Shown here: one piece after another, positions 13,111-26,839 of the stretch
Layout of the letters: each line of letters begins with the position of its first letter
Numbering within the stretch: the first letter of the stretch is position 1
Source: Glycera tridactyla
Lineage: Eukaryota
NCBI GenBank assembly: GCA_965644265.1
Contig: OZ286465.1
Coordinates: 18,414,001-18,478,000, forward strand
Direction of reading: 5' to 3'
DNA length: 64,000 nt
Notes under the pieces: model-generated
Databases searched by the model: none
What the model was told of the DNA's origin: nothing
What the model saw: only the letters and a program-made list of their open reading frames with translations
Position numbers and translations under genes: made by a program

Positions 13111-14253
13111 TGATAATTTCTCAAAATTTTCCGAGATGCACATTCCAATATTTTTTCGAAATGACATTATCCGTCACCTTCGAATCCTTTTTTACACCTT
13201 CTACCACACACACAAACAAATATGCATGCATCCTCTTTCCTCCACAAATACACACACACACACACACACACATGCACACACACGCTTGACCTGTTATTAT
13301 TTGTGCCATCGGAACCTGAACAAGTTGTCATGAACTCCCAAACTTGCCAATCATGTGATATAAGCTTTGGCCAGCTTTGGCACTACCATTTTGATCACAT
13401 CCGATCAGATAGAGTATTATTGTACCGCGCTGTTGATGGTTACATCAATAAATCATAACTACACTTAGTTATCGAGGCCAGGTCCTACTGCAGCTCGCTG
13501 GAAGTTGCCTCAGATACGTCGTTTCTTCTATATTGGTGACATCAAATTCAGCATTTGTAAGTTACGACTGAAGGTGTCTTTTTGCGGCAGTTGGGGACAT
13601 TTGGGGCCATATGGCGGTACTAGAAGTGAAATTGTGACAGGGAATGTCTGTGACTGATGGCGTTATGCCGAATGGTAGGGGCAGTCACTGCCATTCAGAT
13701 TCATCTGACATGAAATTCTGAAGGAGGGCAATGTCTTCATTGGATTTGGCGGACGGTGCTGCGAATTCAGGCAAGTGTCATCAAGTGTTTGCAGGCATCA
13801 TTGAGTTCAGGCAGGTGTCATCAAGCCATCATCATTTATGCTATCCTAATTGTTCTATAACCGGCATTAGCAGGCACCTTCATATGTCTTAGTCACAACC
13901 CCCACAAATACGCGCACACTCACTGACGCACGCACGCACACTATAATACAATGGTAGAGCGTGGCCTGCTATCACTATTGCCATCAGAACCTGGACGAGT
14001 TGTAGTAAAATACCAAATTATGTGATATGAGTTGGGGATAGCTTAGAGACCGACAGTTCCATTATGATCACATCATATATAGAGTATTATTGTACCACGT
14101 TGTTAATGGTTACATCAATAGATTATAACTTTATTATGTTCTCATCAAGGCCAGGTCCCGCTGGCTCACAGACGGTCGCTGCGAAGACTTTATTGCTCAT
14201 GAACATCGTGTTCTCCATGTTGGTGGCGTCATTCCAGCAAATTTAACCGACAT

Positions 14254-14300
<47 letters not shown>

Positions 14301-15240
14301 CGTCATCAATATATATATACATATATATATATATATAATTATTATTTCACAAAAAAACAAATTCCTCTGGAATGTTGTCATCCTGGTCTTTCCGATAGAA
14401 CACCAATCTTTTTCCGTCATTTGCTATATGGCTCTAACAATTGAAGACTTCATATGGTCATCAAATACATGTTTGGGATGATCGATCACCGTGCATTATG
14501 AATGGATTCTCAATGCATGCGCAGATGTAATTCCATATCAAATGTGAAGGCCAGGCATGTGGCAATCAAATTTAATTGACTTTATTAACACTTAATGTCT
14601 GATGGCCTATCGAGTGTGCTGTCAATCGATGAAAAAGCATTGGCATGCAATATTAAGCACATCCCTTTTACAGATGAGGGAGCCAAATGGACAAGCTTGC
14701 CCAGCCAATACCAGACTGCCATCTTCACACAGATCTATATAGTGGTTGTGGACTGCACTTGTCACCAGAATAACTCCATCGTCTGATCTCATTTTTGATT
14801 ATGTATAATCCATTTATTGATATCATTATTGTTGTTATGATAATGATAATAATGATGATGATGATTATCATCATTATTATTGGCCATCCGGGGGAGGGTC
14901 CAGTGATCCTCATAATCTCCAATGATTCATTAAGCACACAGTCCATACTGTAATCTCAGTGCTTGAAAACCTTCTATTCCTTTGGTATAGGAAGCACTGC
15001 CGGCAGGTAACTACCCGGTATTCTTGTCACAATAAGGACACTAGGTAAACCAACATTTTGAGCACAGACGGGTGGGCTCTCACCCAATACCGGTTCGCCA
15101 GAATTATTGATGGCACACTGGGCAGACTATAGGATCTAGCTGGCCCTCCGCGATGTGGGGCTTGGCACGTGGATGTTTCTCGTGTGCAGGGCTCGACACT
15201 GTGGGGGCCTGCATTGACCCGGATTTTTTTTGACATTTCG

Positions 15241-16858
15241 CTATTCTTTGAAGCTAGAGAAGCAAGAAAGCGCCAGCTGCTTAGTAAAGTGTGGACGCAT
15301 GATGGCCTAGTCTGGGCACAAGACAAGCCTGAATCCAGGCCATCCATCTTGAATGATGCGGACACGTTAAGAATGATTAACAATGAAGTCGACCTGCCGC
15401 CGAAAACTGACGGTAGTAACCAGGATGCTGAACAGAAGGCAGAACAACAGCATCCACAACATGAAGAGCAATGGCAGCTGCAGCAACGCCAACACCAACA
15501 GCAGCAACAGCCACAAACTCAGCAACAACAGGTACAAGTCCAACAACGTCAGCAACATGGACCACAACAACAACAACAACGTCAACAACATCATCAAGAG
15601 CATGGGCACCAACAGCACCCACGTCAGCAACACCAACATATACAACAACAGCAAACAGGGCAACAACCATGTCCACGACAACAACAGCAACCTCCCCAGC
15701 AGAAAGGAGACAACTATGGGCAAAGACCGCCACAATGGGACAGTAAACAATCTCGTCTGAATAATAATAATCATAAAAACAGACGTGGCTATAGAAATCG
15801 TCTAGAGGAATATCGCCCATCTAATCAGAGCCACCAAGGCCACCCTCGACAAGTAAACTGGGATGAGTCGCTCTGGCAACATCAAAACCTGAGAATGGGC
15901 AATCGAGGCCGACCGGCCTTCAGTCGAGGCGGCACGAGCAGCAGACAACAGTCGAGATCGCCTGCACGAACCCCAGTGAGGACTGATTCCCGCGACAGAA
16001 GCAGGCGGGGCAGTTACCAACGACAGCGTGGCAACAGCGAAGATACAAACAGACAACAACACAGAACACGGTCTAACGACTCGCGCGACAACGACATTCC
16101 ACCCCCTGAGGAGGATTGGCCAACACTACTTCAGGGTCATCGTATGATCCGTTAAATAGCATGGAACGCCTACCTATCTACAAGAGACAAGTGGAACGGA
16201 TACGGCCCCCGAGGTGGAGATATGACAGGTCAGATGATTGGGTCCTCTCACGCTGTACACCTGTACAAGTACATCGCTAAGTTTGATCACAGTCATCGCT
16301 TTGGATACCTTCTGGATAGGGACTCCTTGAAATGTCTTGGCGTGGGAGGCACGAAAAAAATGGATACTCAAAGATAACTTGGAAGGTAAATGCATGTCCA
16401 AAAGTAAAACCGCGCGGTATAGTAACCAATGGGAGAACAGCTTAGGCAAAAACTATCAACCGGATTGCATCATCATGCTGTTTGGCAGTAACGATGTAGA
16501 CGACTGTAATGGGCATTTAAAAAATTTACGAGAGAAAAACACTAAATATAATCACCACTGGAAGGCCCCCATCGAAACGCAAATCTGGAGGGACCAATTA
16601 GTAAAGGAAATAGATGGCCTTTTCAGCTCTCTCAGGCTCAGATTCCCATTAGCCCCCTTCGCTATTGTACCCATTCTGCAAAGATCGTGGTGGCGACACC
16701 GCCAGACACATGTCTCGCCTCACAATCACCGATTCCAGCCGCCCATATCTGCTCAGCATGTTACAACCTACAGTCGCCGACTCCAACCCCGTTTTGCTCA
16801 TCTTGGTAATACTAGAAGATTCTCCTCAACAAAACACAGCAGATACCCTCGCCCATAA
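15241..16858 (+). pseudogene. LINE ORF1 remnant: WTxDG-type C-terminal domain, Gln-rich and Arg/Ser-rich region, SGNH esterase-like domain
   Basis: LFFEAREARKRQLLSKVWTHDGLVW, then poly-Q/RS. After an in-frame TAA (16,153-55) the same frame reads MIGSSHA...CLGVGG (SGNH blocks I/II). A +1 slip in the A7 run (16,352-58) leads to QPDCIIMLFGSND (block III). Block V was not found. Confidence 0.7.
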
Positions 16859-17619
16859 AACAGGCTCCTCGCAAATTTCTAGTCGAGACGGTTCAGTGCC
16901 TCGCATACCTTACTCATGCCATCTACGGGTCTGCAACATGTCTATGCTTGGCCGATGCGTGAGAAGCCATGACGGTGACTCACCATACTTGTGCCAACCC
17001 TGTGCGTCTGCGCATTGACATGGATGGGGGCAAGCTGATATTTGCATAAACTGGCTTGCAGATGAGAAGCCATGACGGTGACTATCTGTATCAGAGCCAG
17101 CCAGAACATCAACGAACCGGCTAGAATTCGAGCATGGTGATGTAGGTGAAGATATTGCCAACGAGTGAGAAACCATGACAGCGACTCACTCTCCCCAGGC
17201 CAGCATATCCAACGACAGATTGATGAGGACGACTCCTCACGTATTGCCGGTCTCCTCACATATTGCCGGTGACTGATTGATGACGTCGTCTCTTCACGTA
17301 CTGCCGGTTCATCAGGTCGATACAATCACTCATTTATTAGGTAAGAATCCATGACGGTGACTTACCTGACCACCATGGACTGCAACCGGAAGACGTCCAC
17401 GCGTCACCCCTACATCTACAGGCATGCTGTTATCCAATCATGAGCAGACGTGCGCCACACGTGATGTGACGGACGACTTCCTGAACACGAAGAAGACACG
17501 AAGAAGAAGACAAAACTCTTCATTAGTATTGCAGCCTACACCAACATTCTATCACGCAAGCGAATTAGCTGACGCAGATTAGGACTTCTCCCAGTTTGAG
17601 TAGATGTAGTGAGGAAGAG

Positions 17620-17930
17620 AGAATAAACGAGAGAGAGAAAAAGGGAGGGTGACACAGAGTGAGTGAGTGAGAGAATGAGAGAGATAGCAAGTAGGGAGAA
17701 AGAGAGAGAGAGAGAAAGAGAGAGAGAGAATGTGAGAGAGAGAATGAGGGAGAATATGGAGCTGAGAGCGTGGGAATGAAAGGTATAGAAGAAGTGAACG
17801 GAAGAGGTGAGAATGAGAGAGAGTAAGAGGGATAGAGAGTGTAGGAGTGAGAGAGTGAGAGAATAAGAATAAGAAGGGAAGAGTGAGAGAGAGCGAGAGA
17901 GTGAGAAAATGTAGAAGACAGCGTGAACTG
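17620..17930. repeat. GA-rich low-complexity tract in the LINE inter-ORF spacer
   Basis: Direct inspection. Confidence 0.85.
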
Positions 17931-19135
17931 ACACGCACATATGATGTCCAATCCATTCCGTTCCGCTCCAAGCTCATCAACAGTAGATATCATTTGCAGC
18001 TTCCTCAAAGATGGAATATCTGTTACAGAGTTCAATCAATTATTTGCTAATGCTGAATCTTACTGACCAATCTTGAAAGCAACTCATCAGTATATACTCA
18101 TGATACGCGATTTATTGACAGATTGATCACATGCGACTTGCAGAACTTATTGATTGATTTACTGAGTATGATCGGCTATATCGGCTGTTTCGCTCAGCAA
18201 ACACATTGTATATGCATGTAATTGTGATTTATTGACTGACTGATCAGATATTACTTGCAAAACTTAGTGATTGATTTATTGAATGCGATCTGCTGTGTCT
18301 GATTTACTCAACTTATTAGGCCGACAGGCACAATCTCGAAAACTGATTTGCTTATACCTGACTATATCCTCATGATTATTCTATTAACTGATTGACTGCG
18401 TAGTAAAAAGTAATTTTTGCTCCCCAAGGTTTTATGTTATTGGGGAAAGGTTTGTCTGCCATCGAGGGGTGTCATCTCAAGGTCACTCGTTAGTATTTAA
18501 CTGTTTTTTGTTCTGATGGCTGTAGCTTCAAGGGCATTCGACAGCATGAGTGTCTGACGGACGACTATGTTATCACTAAGTGCTCAGCTGTTTGAACGAC
18601 TAACTTAACTATCTGATTGTTTAATTGCTTGTCTGTGTTGCTGTCCTTCAGATCTACTTCTTGCACATGTAGCCATGCCTCCTAGGCAAATATGTCAGGT
18701 TAATCAGCCAAGATTGATACAAATTCAGTATCAGGTTTTATAGGCTAGCCGGGTCTGACCCACACTTCCCATGCAATCTCGCTGTGTGTAGACATACGCC
18801 TATTTCAACAACATGTCCTGCTGGGTTGACACTCCATGCGAATCACTATGACAGCCTTTGCCGCTTGAGGTATCTCTATCATGCATACCAATAAGCTGCA
18901 CCCACATGCCAATAGAAACCACCAGATATCGCTCTCTACTTGTCCATCCATCATTTCATCAGGTTCCCTTGCTACACACTCTACAATCCAGGATGCGCTA
19001 CACTAGCGTTTATATCAGTCTGTTGTAATATCCCCATCGATCTCTATCTTGCTAAGTAATGCCAGTTTCTGACTATTTTCAAATCCCATTGCGCCCAATC
19101 ACAATGCACTATACATACACTATATATCACTTGTA

Positions 19136-22069
19136 TTGCTAGAACACATGACATCTAATAACAATAGAAGAAGAGCCACTCATCTGTTCCCGAGTCCCTT
19201 TCCACTAGAAGATATTGACTACACAACAGCATCACTGTCCAATCTACCTGGAATTAGCTTCGCGCTTCTAAATATACAGAGTGTGACGCGCAAAATTGAT
19301 GAAATTCGAATACTGCTCCAATCCAGCGGTCTGAACTTTTTGATTCTGGTAGAGAGCTTTCTGAACGACTGCATCTCAGACGATGAATTGACCATCCCTG
19401 GATACAGCTTCTTTCGCCAAGACCGCACAGAGGCAAGTGGGAAATTTGGGGGCGGTGGCATATTATTATATCATGGCTCGCAATACAAGGTGAATACTAT
19501 AGCCATCTTAAATACCTGCTCTCCCGACATTGAATGTATCTGGTGCGTAATTAATCTGAATAAATGTCGCTCAATAATCCTAGGAGCAGTCTACAGACCC
19601 CCGGATGGATCCGTCGTTGGGGCAATATCTCAACTGGAGTACACTTGTGATTTTCTCCACGATAATTACCCTGTCTTTGATCTGGTGGCCCTTGGGGATA
19701 TTAACATTGACATGCTAAAAATAAGATGCTGTCATACTAGATCATATAATAATTTTCTAAAAGAGCGGGGTCTAACACAACTCATCAAAAAACCAACCAG
19801 GGTAACGTGCACGAGCTCCACTGTCATTGACCATATCCTAACCTCGAATAAGGACTTTTATGTTCATGCTGGTGTACTCAACCCTGGTCTGAGCGACCAC
19901 TCGTTGGTGTTTGTTTGTAGGAAACGCCTCAAAGTCTCTCAACCGAAACGAGAAAGATCGTTTCGTTGTTTTCGCAAATTTAATAAAGGGGATTTCATAA
20001 AAGATCTTGAATCTATTGACGTAGGTAATATCCTGGACATTAACTCATTGACACGGGCTGTGGAGGTTTTAGAAAATATACTATCTACAACTATCGAGGC
20101 ACATGCACCCATAAAGCACATGACGTTTCATAATCGCATGCTTCCCTGGGCAGATGGCCACTTCTTTAGTTTAATTGACCTGTGTCAGCACAGATCACGT
20201 ATATTTGACAAACACCCGACCAAATTTAACCTAGCGCTGAAACGTGAGGCTCTACGGCAGAAGAATGACCTAAGGGCCCAACTAATTAGAAACTTTGTGA
20301 GTAAAAACATCGAGTCGCAAAAGGACAATCCTAAAAAGTTATGGTCCTCTATAAAGCAGCTGTGGCCCCTGAAAAAACCAGATGGTCTCCGCCCCATCCT
20401 GGAAAGTGCTGACCCCACCAGTATGGCGAACGAGGTGAATCAATTCTTCAGCGAAGTAGGTGGTAAACTTGCATCTAATATCGTACCCTGTGTTCATCCA
20501 TGCCCAGATGTGCAAACATTCAAACCTCCAATCTTTGAATTAAGCCGAGTAACTCCTAGTGCTATCAAAGACATAATAACAAACTTGAATTCCACTGACT
20601 CATCGGGCGATGATGGCGTATCGGCCAAGTTTGCCAAGATGTTCCCTGATAACATCGTTCTTGCAATTAGTCATGTATGCAATATTTCTATTGGCTGCCA
20701 GTCTTTTCCGGAATCTTGGAAGCAAGGTTCTGTTTCTATTTTGCACAAAGGAGGAAATGACATGAGCCTGAATAATTTTAGACCAATCTCCATTCTGCCC
20801 ACCCTGGGGAAAATCTTAGAGAAAGCAGTATTTAATCAGACCCACATTTATCTGAAGAAGTATAGAATTTTATCGGACGCCCAATTCGGTTTCAGGGAGG
20901 GGAGCTCTACTGGGTCGTGCCTTGCCAGCTTTCTGGAAAACATTTACATGGAGGCTGACAGGGTGCGGCCCACGGGAGTCCTCTTCCTGGATCTGAAGAA
21001 GGCGTTCGATACGGTTGACCATTCGCGGCTACTGGACCGCCTCAAGGAGGCTGGGTTTCGCAACAGTGCCATAAGCTGGATAGGCTCGTATTTATCCAAT
21101 CGTTCTCAGATAACCATACTTGACGGCACGAGGTCCGCGAATAGACCCATTTCCTGAGGGGTTCCCCAAGGGTCTATTCTCGGGCCTCTCCTATTTGTCA
21201 TCTATGTTGATCAGCTCCCGAGTATTGTAAGATCCTGCAAAACATTCCTGTACGCGGACGATACCGCAATCTGTTCTAGTGCGGATACTGAGGATGCAGT
21301 TCTTCATCAACTAAGTCAAGATCTTAACACCGTTAGTGAGTGGTTCCGTTATATGAAGCTCTCACTAAATGTCTCAAAATCCTCGTTAATGATTTTTGGA
21401 ACCAGGCAGCAAACATCCAAAATCGCGGCAAATCACCTATTGTATAATAATGACCGAATAGAGAGAGTGTTGAGCTTTAAATATCTTGGAGTTGTCTTAG
21501 ACTCGAATTTGACGTTTGATGATCATGTGAGCCATCTGATCAAAAAAGTTAATACTCGTAAAGCTGCCTTGTCTAGGATCCGGAGGTTTATTAACCAGGA
21601 GAGAGCTGTCTCCTTGTATCATTCCTTGATCCAGAGCATCATTTGTTACAATGACTTTATCTATGATAGCCTTAGTGTGCACGCGGCTCACAGACTGCAG
21701 ATGTTGCAAAATCGTTGCTTGCGCACGGTTTGGAATAACTGGACCAACCACTCAGCTACTGATTGCCACTTGGCCCTGGGAGTCCCATATTTATCCCAAT
21801 TGAGAAAGAGACATCTCGCAAATGAAATGTATAAATCCCTGTACACTAATGGAACCCGCAGGCAGATCAGTTTGCGCTCCTTCGTGTCCTCCAGAGAAAC
21901 AAGGCAGACTGCCAGGAATGACCTGGAAGTAAAACGAACCAGGACAGTTTTTGCTAGTGGTTGTACATTTATACGAGGTGCTCGCCTTTGGAACACCATC
22001 CCATCTGATCTGAGAACCAACACTAGCAAATATACATTCAAACGCAATATGAAAGAATTTTTCCGGTAA
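19136..22069 (+). pseudogene. LINE ORF2 (AP endonuclease plus reverse transcriptase) with one in-frame TGA
   Basis: APE motifs LNIQS, ESFL, YRPP, GDINID, IDHI, SDH. RT motifs FRPISIL, QFGFR, FLDLKKAFDTVDH, then TGA at 21,155-57 and the same frame continues GVPQGSILGPLLF, YADD (21,251-62), KYLGVVLD, LWNTIP to the stop at 22,069. Confidence 0.95.
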
Positions 22070-24619
22070 TTAGCCACCGGTCGACGCTCCTATTTACTGG
22101 CATTGAATGTTATTGTAATTTCATGTGTTGAGTGACTATTCCTTACAACCTTATGCTGTTGACTGTTATGTAAATCTCACCTTGACAGATGTAGTGGCTC
22201 GTCTTCATCATCCTTCTCACCATCCTGCCATAATCCAGGATGTTATTTGTGGCTTATACGTGTCTGAAGGTACATCTGCATCTCATTTGTATTTTTTCAT
22301 TTACTACGTCATGTATATATGTTTCTTATGCTTTTTTACTATTTCGTCCACCGAAGCATGTGACATGTAATACAATGCTTTTGTGAATAAAGATTCTTCA
22401 ATTCAATTCAATTCAACAAAATGCCAGAGAGGCGCCTTCTGAATGGTCGCAAATGTCTGCCAAATCCAGCTAGACTGGGGAATGTCGTCTGACATCTCTG
22501 AGGCAACTCTGACTTTTTTCAGGGGCATCTTTGATGGAGGGTAACACCCTCATCAGAGATGGAAGTGTCTAATGAGGGGACATTATCTCCGAAACCGAGA
22601 TTGCATTCACTACTTGACATGGGGCCAACTCATACCAAAAGGTGGGGAGATATTTTTGGGTACATATGGAGGTACACTGCCGTTGACCCATGAAAATGGG
22701 GCAAGATTGGTTACCGCCTGAGTACACAAACTGAGTGCAAGACATCATGGCCTCTCAGAGACCACTGGCGGCTGACACAGTCTATTATCTCCTGTAACGT
22801 CATAGAAACGTGCTGTCTATGATGTCAAGCAATACGGCGGAACAAGGACGCGTCTCAAATCTCGGTCACAGTCCCTGGAGGAAGGACGTCTCTNNNNNNN
22901 NNNNNNNNNNNNNNNNNNNNNNNNNNNNNNNNNNNNNNNNNNNNNNNNNNNNNNNNNNNNNNNNNNNNNNNNNNNNNNNNNNNNNNNNNNNNNNNNNNNN
23001 NNNNNNNNNNNNNNNNNNNNNNNNNNNNNNNNNNNNNNNNNNNNNNNNNNNNNNNNNNNNNNNNNNNNNNNNATGATTATTATTGTTGTGAATATTATTA
23101 TTATCATTATCATTATAATTATTATCATTACTACTACTATCATGATACTTGCCTGTCATGCTGGAGGCACTTCAAAGTTTAAGTGATTGAGTAGAACTCT
23201 TGTATCGCTCTCTACTTGATACAGGGGTGTAGGGTATCTGTCTATATACATGAATGATGATTGTGTACTGGATACACAGTGCAGTCAATTTGATGCTATT
23301 GGTCGTGAAATGCCAAGGGGAATGAGAAAGGTTCAATCATGACTAGGGATTTGTCCAGTGACTTTTAAGACTGCAATCAGCTACCTAGCCACAGTTGAAC
23401 CTGCTTGAGAGACCACTTCGAGGCAAAGCCCGAAAGGACACCTTGAGCGGTAACAACGATGATATTGCTACGGTGAACAACCTGTCAGAGGCCACCCGTC
23501 TGTAGTAGGTGGACCATGTAGACAGATGCGACAGTATATACATATCTACATCAGTATTCAACAATCGCCATACTACTGAGTCAGTCCCCATCATTTTCAA
23601 CTCTTCGGAGGGTATTGCTCTGCTTGAGATCCAAAGTTGAGTTACGTGAGGGATCAGTCTTTCTGAAAAGGACAAGGGCACAGGGAACGGGTGGCTGGAT
23701 TGACAGACAGGCAGACGGAGAGACAGACAGACAGACATACAGACAGCAACTGAGTGACGTGAGTTGGTGAAGTGGTGTGGTGTTAGCTCTGACTTCAGGG
23801 GTGGGAGAAGTCTTGGATGAATATGTATCTGATGCAATTCATCACATGCGGTCATTCCCATGGCAAGCTCTATTATCTCGCAATCTATTGTATTGAACAG
23901 TTTTCCAGCTCAACAAGCCATAACTTCCAGTTGTTGGCAGAAGGCATTCATATATGTATCCTCCTAATACCTGCTGCGTGTTCCCGTTTCCACATGCCGA
24001 CATTCACTCTCTGACTGGACAACATCTGTCGTAAACGTCAGGTCCTATTTGCCGAACTGGATATCCTGCAGGTTGTCTGGCTTCTGCACCCTACAACTCG
24101 TACTGAGTGTTCTGCATATTCTCAGGCTTTACGATGCAAGGAAGATTTGATACCTAGTTGGCCAATGCCATCAGCCCATCTACCCAGCCCCCTCCCACCC
24201 TCTAGGAAGCCCATCTACCCCCCCCCCCCCAAGGCCGGATGGCGAAACTACCTACCGTGCATGTAAGTTTAAGAGCACATATTGCATGGCACAAGGATCC
24301 TTGTGATGACACAGATTCAAACGCTTTACCGACTATATCATCAATTTCATTATATCTTACAAAATGGCATGACTAATGTTGTGTGGTGGTAGGAACATAA
24401 TCGCACGTTAAAATATAACAAGTCGTTCAGTTTCTATGTAGTATCTGTAGCATATGGTATCAAGTGGTTGACCCTAGGAAGATATTTTCAGTCGAACACG
24501 AGGCAGGAGACAGATCATGGTCTTTTTCCAATTTTGATGGCTACTACGGATAGCCGGAACAAAAGGGAGTGCCTGAACTGTCTCCACAGCGAGTGAGCGG
24601 ATGTATTCAGCACATGATA

Positions 24620-24863
24620 AATCGTGGTATTTGTATTGAATGCCCTGAGTGCCGTGTACGGTGAGAGCGTACGCGTCAAGTAGTGGGGCAACGGGGACGC
24701 ACGAGTGGCTAGAGGCCACGAGTGTGTCTCCAGGCCCTGTTATGAGACGCTTGTTATGAGTGGCGTAACGGTTACAAGACGCGCAATATAACTTCAAAAT
24801 TACACGATTCATACGTACGCACACTCTGCGCGGCGATTACATACACGCTATACTCGAAATTGA
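24620..24863. mobile_element. 244-bp CpG-rich insertion with a probable 6-bp TSD (ATGATA)
   Basis: Absent from the paralog at ~8,860; ATGATA at 24,614-19 and 24,864-69. Confidence 0.6.
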
Positions 24864-26839
24864 ATGATATAGAAAAGAAACCCCTCGTTGTGTTTTGCCC
24901 GAATAATCAACTCGGCCACAAATGAGGATCACAAATGAGAAAAGAGTGTCCCGCTGTTCGGTGATCATAAAAAAAGGACTTTGACAATTGGGTGACAAGC
25001 ATCATCTTTTTTTTCAATGATGATGCACACTCTCTGAGGATAGGCAATGCACGTGGATGTTTTGCAGATGACGTCGAGACAAGAAGTGGGAGCACAAACG
25101 ATTCAACCAGTTGTTGGTGGATTGGTGTTTCACTGCGGAAGAGGGAGAGGTGTCTTTGCGGAGGCAATTTTTCCTATTTCAACGAAGATGGACAGCCTGT
25201 TATTTACCTTTAAACAATGACGCTGACACAGTTTTAGTCTGATACTTGCCTGTATCACACAAGAGGCTATCGACAACAAGGGGTGTGCCTTATCCGAATC
25301 TGACTTTGACAATTAGGTGACGACCGTTACCTTATTCCTGATGTTGATGCACACTTTCTGATGATAGGCAATGCAGGCTGATGTTTTGCAGTTGACGATG
25401 ATACCAGAAGTGAGAGCACGATCGATGCAACCTGCTGACTGTCAGTTGGTGTATTTCTGGGGGAGTGGGAGAGGTGTCTGCATCAGAGTGGGTTGGAAGG
25501 CAATGCATACATGCATCGGCTGCTGCCATTACATTGAGGGGGAGGGGGGAGGGGGGGTGGCGTCAACTTTGCCACTTTATTCTCTGTGTCTCTCTCCCAC
25601 CTGCTCTCTCTCCCTCCTCTCTGACCCTGTCTCTCCCTCTCTCTCTCCATCTCACATCTTCAGCGTCTTTAGTTTTTGAAAAGTGTGGACATATCATTGT
25701 GAAATTGAGCTTTCAACTTTTTATAGTGCTCCCCTCTCTGTACATCACCCCATTCCCTCTTCTCTTAAGCGCACATCTATCAATCCACCTATTTATCCAT
25801 CTTCCATGATATCACAAACTTCATGTGCAATCAGAACGTATGAAAATCTCCTGTTTCAAAGACGAATCCGGTGATAGCAATTCGATTCATGATAAATTAT
25901 CGCGAACTCTTGGGATACCCTTAGGCTCAGTCTCTGAAATTAGTATCTGTATCCGCAAACATACACACACACACACTCACTGACNNNNNNNNNNNNNNNN
26001 NNNNNNNNNNNNNNNNNNNNNNNNNNNNNNNNNNNNNNNNNNNNNNNNNNNNNNNNNNNNNNNNNNNNNNNNNNNNNNNNNNNNNNNNNNNNNNNNNNNN
26101 NNNNNNNNNNNNNNNNNNNNNNNNNNNNNNNNNNNNNNNNNNNNNNNNNNNNNNNNNNNNNNNNNNNNNNNNNNNNNNNNNNNNNNNNNNNNNNNNNNNN
26201 NNNNNNNNNNNNNNNNNNNNNNNNNNNNNNNNNNNNNNNNNNNNNNNNNNNNNNNNNNNNNNNNNNNNNNNNNNNNNNNNNNNNNNNNNNNNNNNNNNNN
26301 NNNNNNNNNNNNNNNNNNNNNNNNNNNNNNNNACNNNNNNNNNNNNNNNNNNNNNNNNNNNNNNNNNNNNNNNNNNNNNNNNNNNNNNNNNNNNNNNNNN
26401 NNNNNNNNNNNNNNNNNNNNNNNNNNNNNNNNNNNNNNNNNNNNNNNNNNNNNNNNNNNNNNNNNNNGTCACAATAAAACAAACAAAAGTACTATAAGAA
26501 TGAAAACCTCATATTAAACATGAGGAATCCTCAAAAGTGATGTAGACAAAGGTGCGAAACGAATGATGCATGCTCAATATTATGATCCTCAAGCACCATT
26601 TTCTCATTACCCACCGAGATTAGTTTACATGTGATAATGGTACAACATGCTCAATCGACACACTTCATTGCCAGTATACACTGTAGCAAAAAAATGAATG
26701 GATGTTGAGTAGATTTCACAAGTGGCCAAGAGGAGTAGTATTCTCTATGCTATATCTTTAATTCTAAAAAACGAGATGGTTAGGCATGCAGGTGACGCGT
26801 ACCAGGTTCTTTCTACAGAAAGTTTATATTCATTTATGC

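Larger units (their letters stand above)
2963..13762 (+). repeat. Copy 1 of an old tandem segmental duplication
   Basis: Colinear, diverged homology: 3,025-3,470 to 13,826-14,255; 5,610-6,510 to 14,340-15,240; 6,510-9,700 to 22,412-25,720; 9,900-12,200 to 28,900-30,846; 12,200-13,762 to 40,375-41,715. Confidence 0.9.
15241..22416 (+). mobile_element. CR1/L2-superfamily LINE, ~7.2 kb, 5'-truncated within ORF1
   Basis: Interrupts the sequence that is contiguous at 6,500-6,520 (GGCATTTTG|TTCAACAAAATGCC). Contains ORF1, APE-RT ORF2, AATAAA at 22,386 and a (TTCAA)4 tail at 22,397-22,416 that merges with target TTCAA. No clear TSD. Confidence 0.9.

Noticed and set aside
11879-13458. Many ORFs rich in YI, CV, HT and MI (also 30,580-30,897, 40,793-41,286, 41,684-42,550, 51,258-51,899, 58,690-59,041)
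   Set aside because: Microsatellite translations.
16961-17365. CRISPR-like repeat/spacer pattern
   Set aside because: Eukaryotic LINE context, no cas genes, and the spacers retain mutual similarity (a degenerate 103-bp tandem repeat).
21155-21157. In-frame TGA at a usual Cys position (xGVPQG) of the LINE RT as a possible selenocysteine or readthrough codon
   Set aside because: A single TGY-to-TGA change explains it, ORF1 of the same copy is also disrupted, and I saw no convincing SECIS in the 3' UTR.
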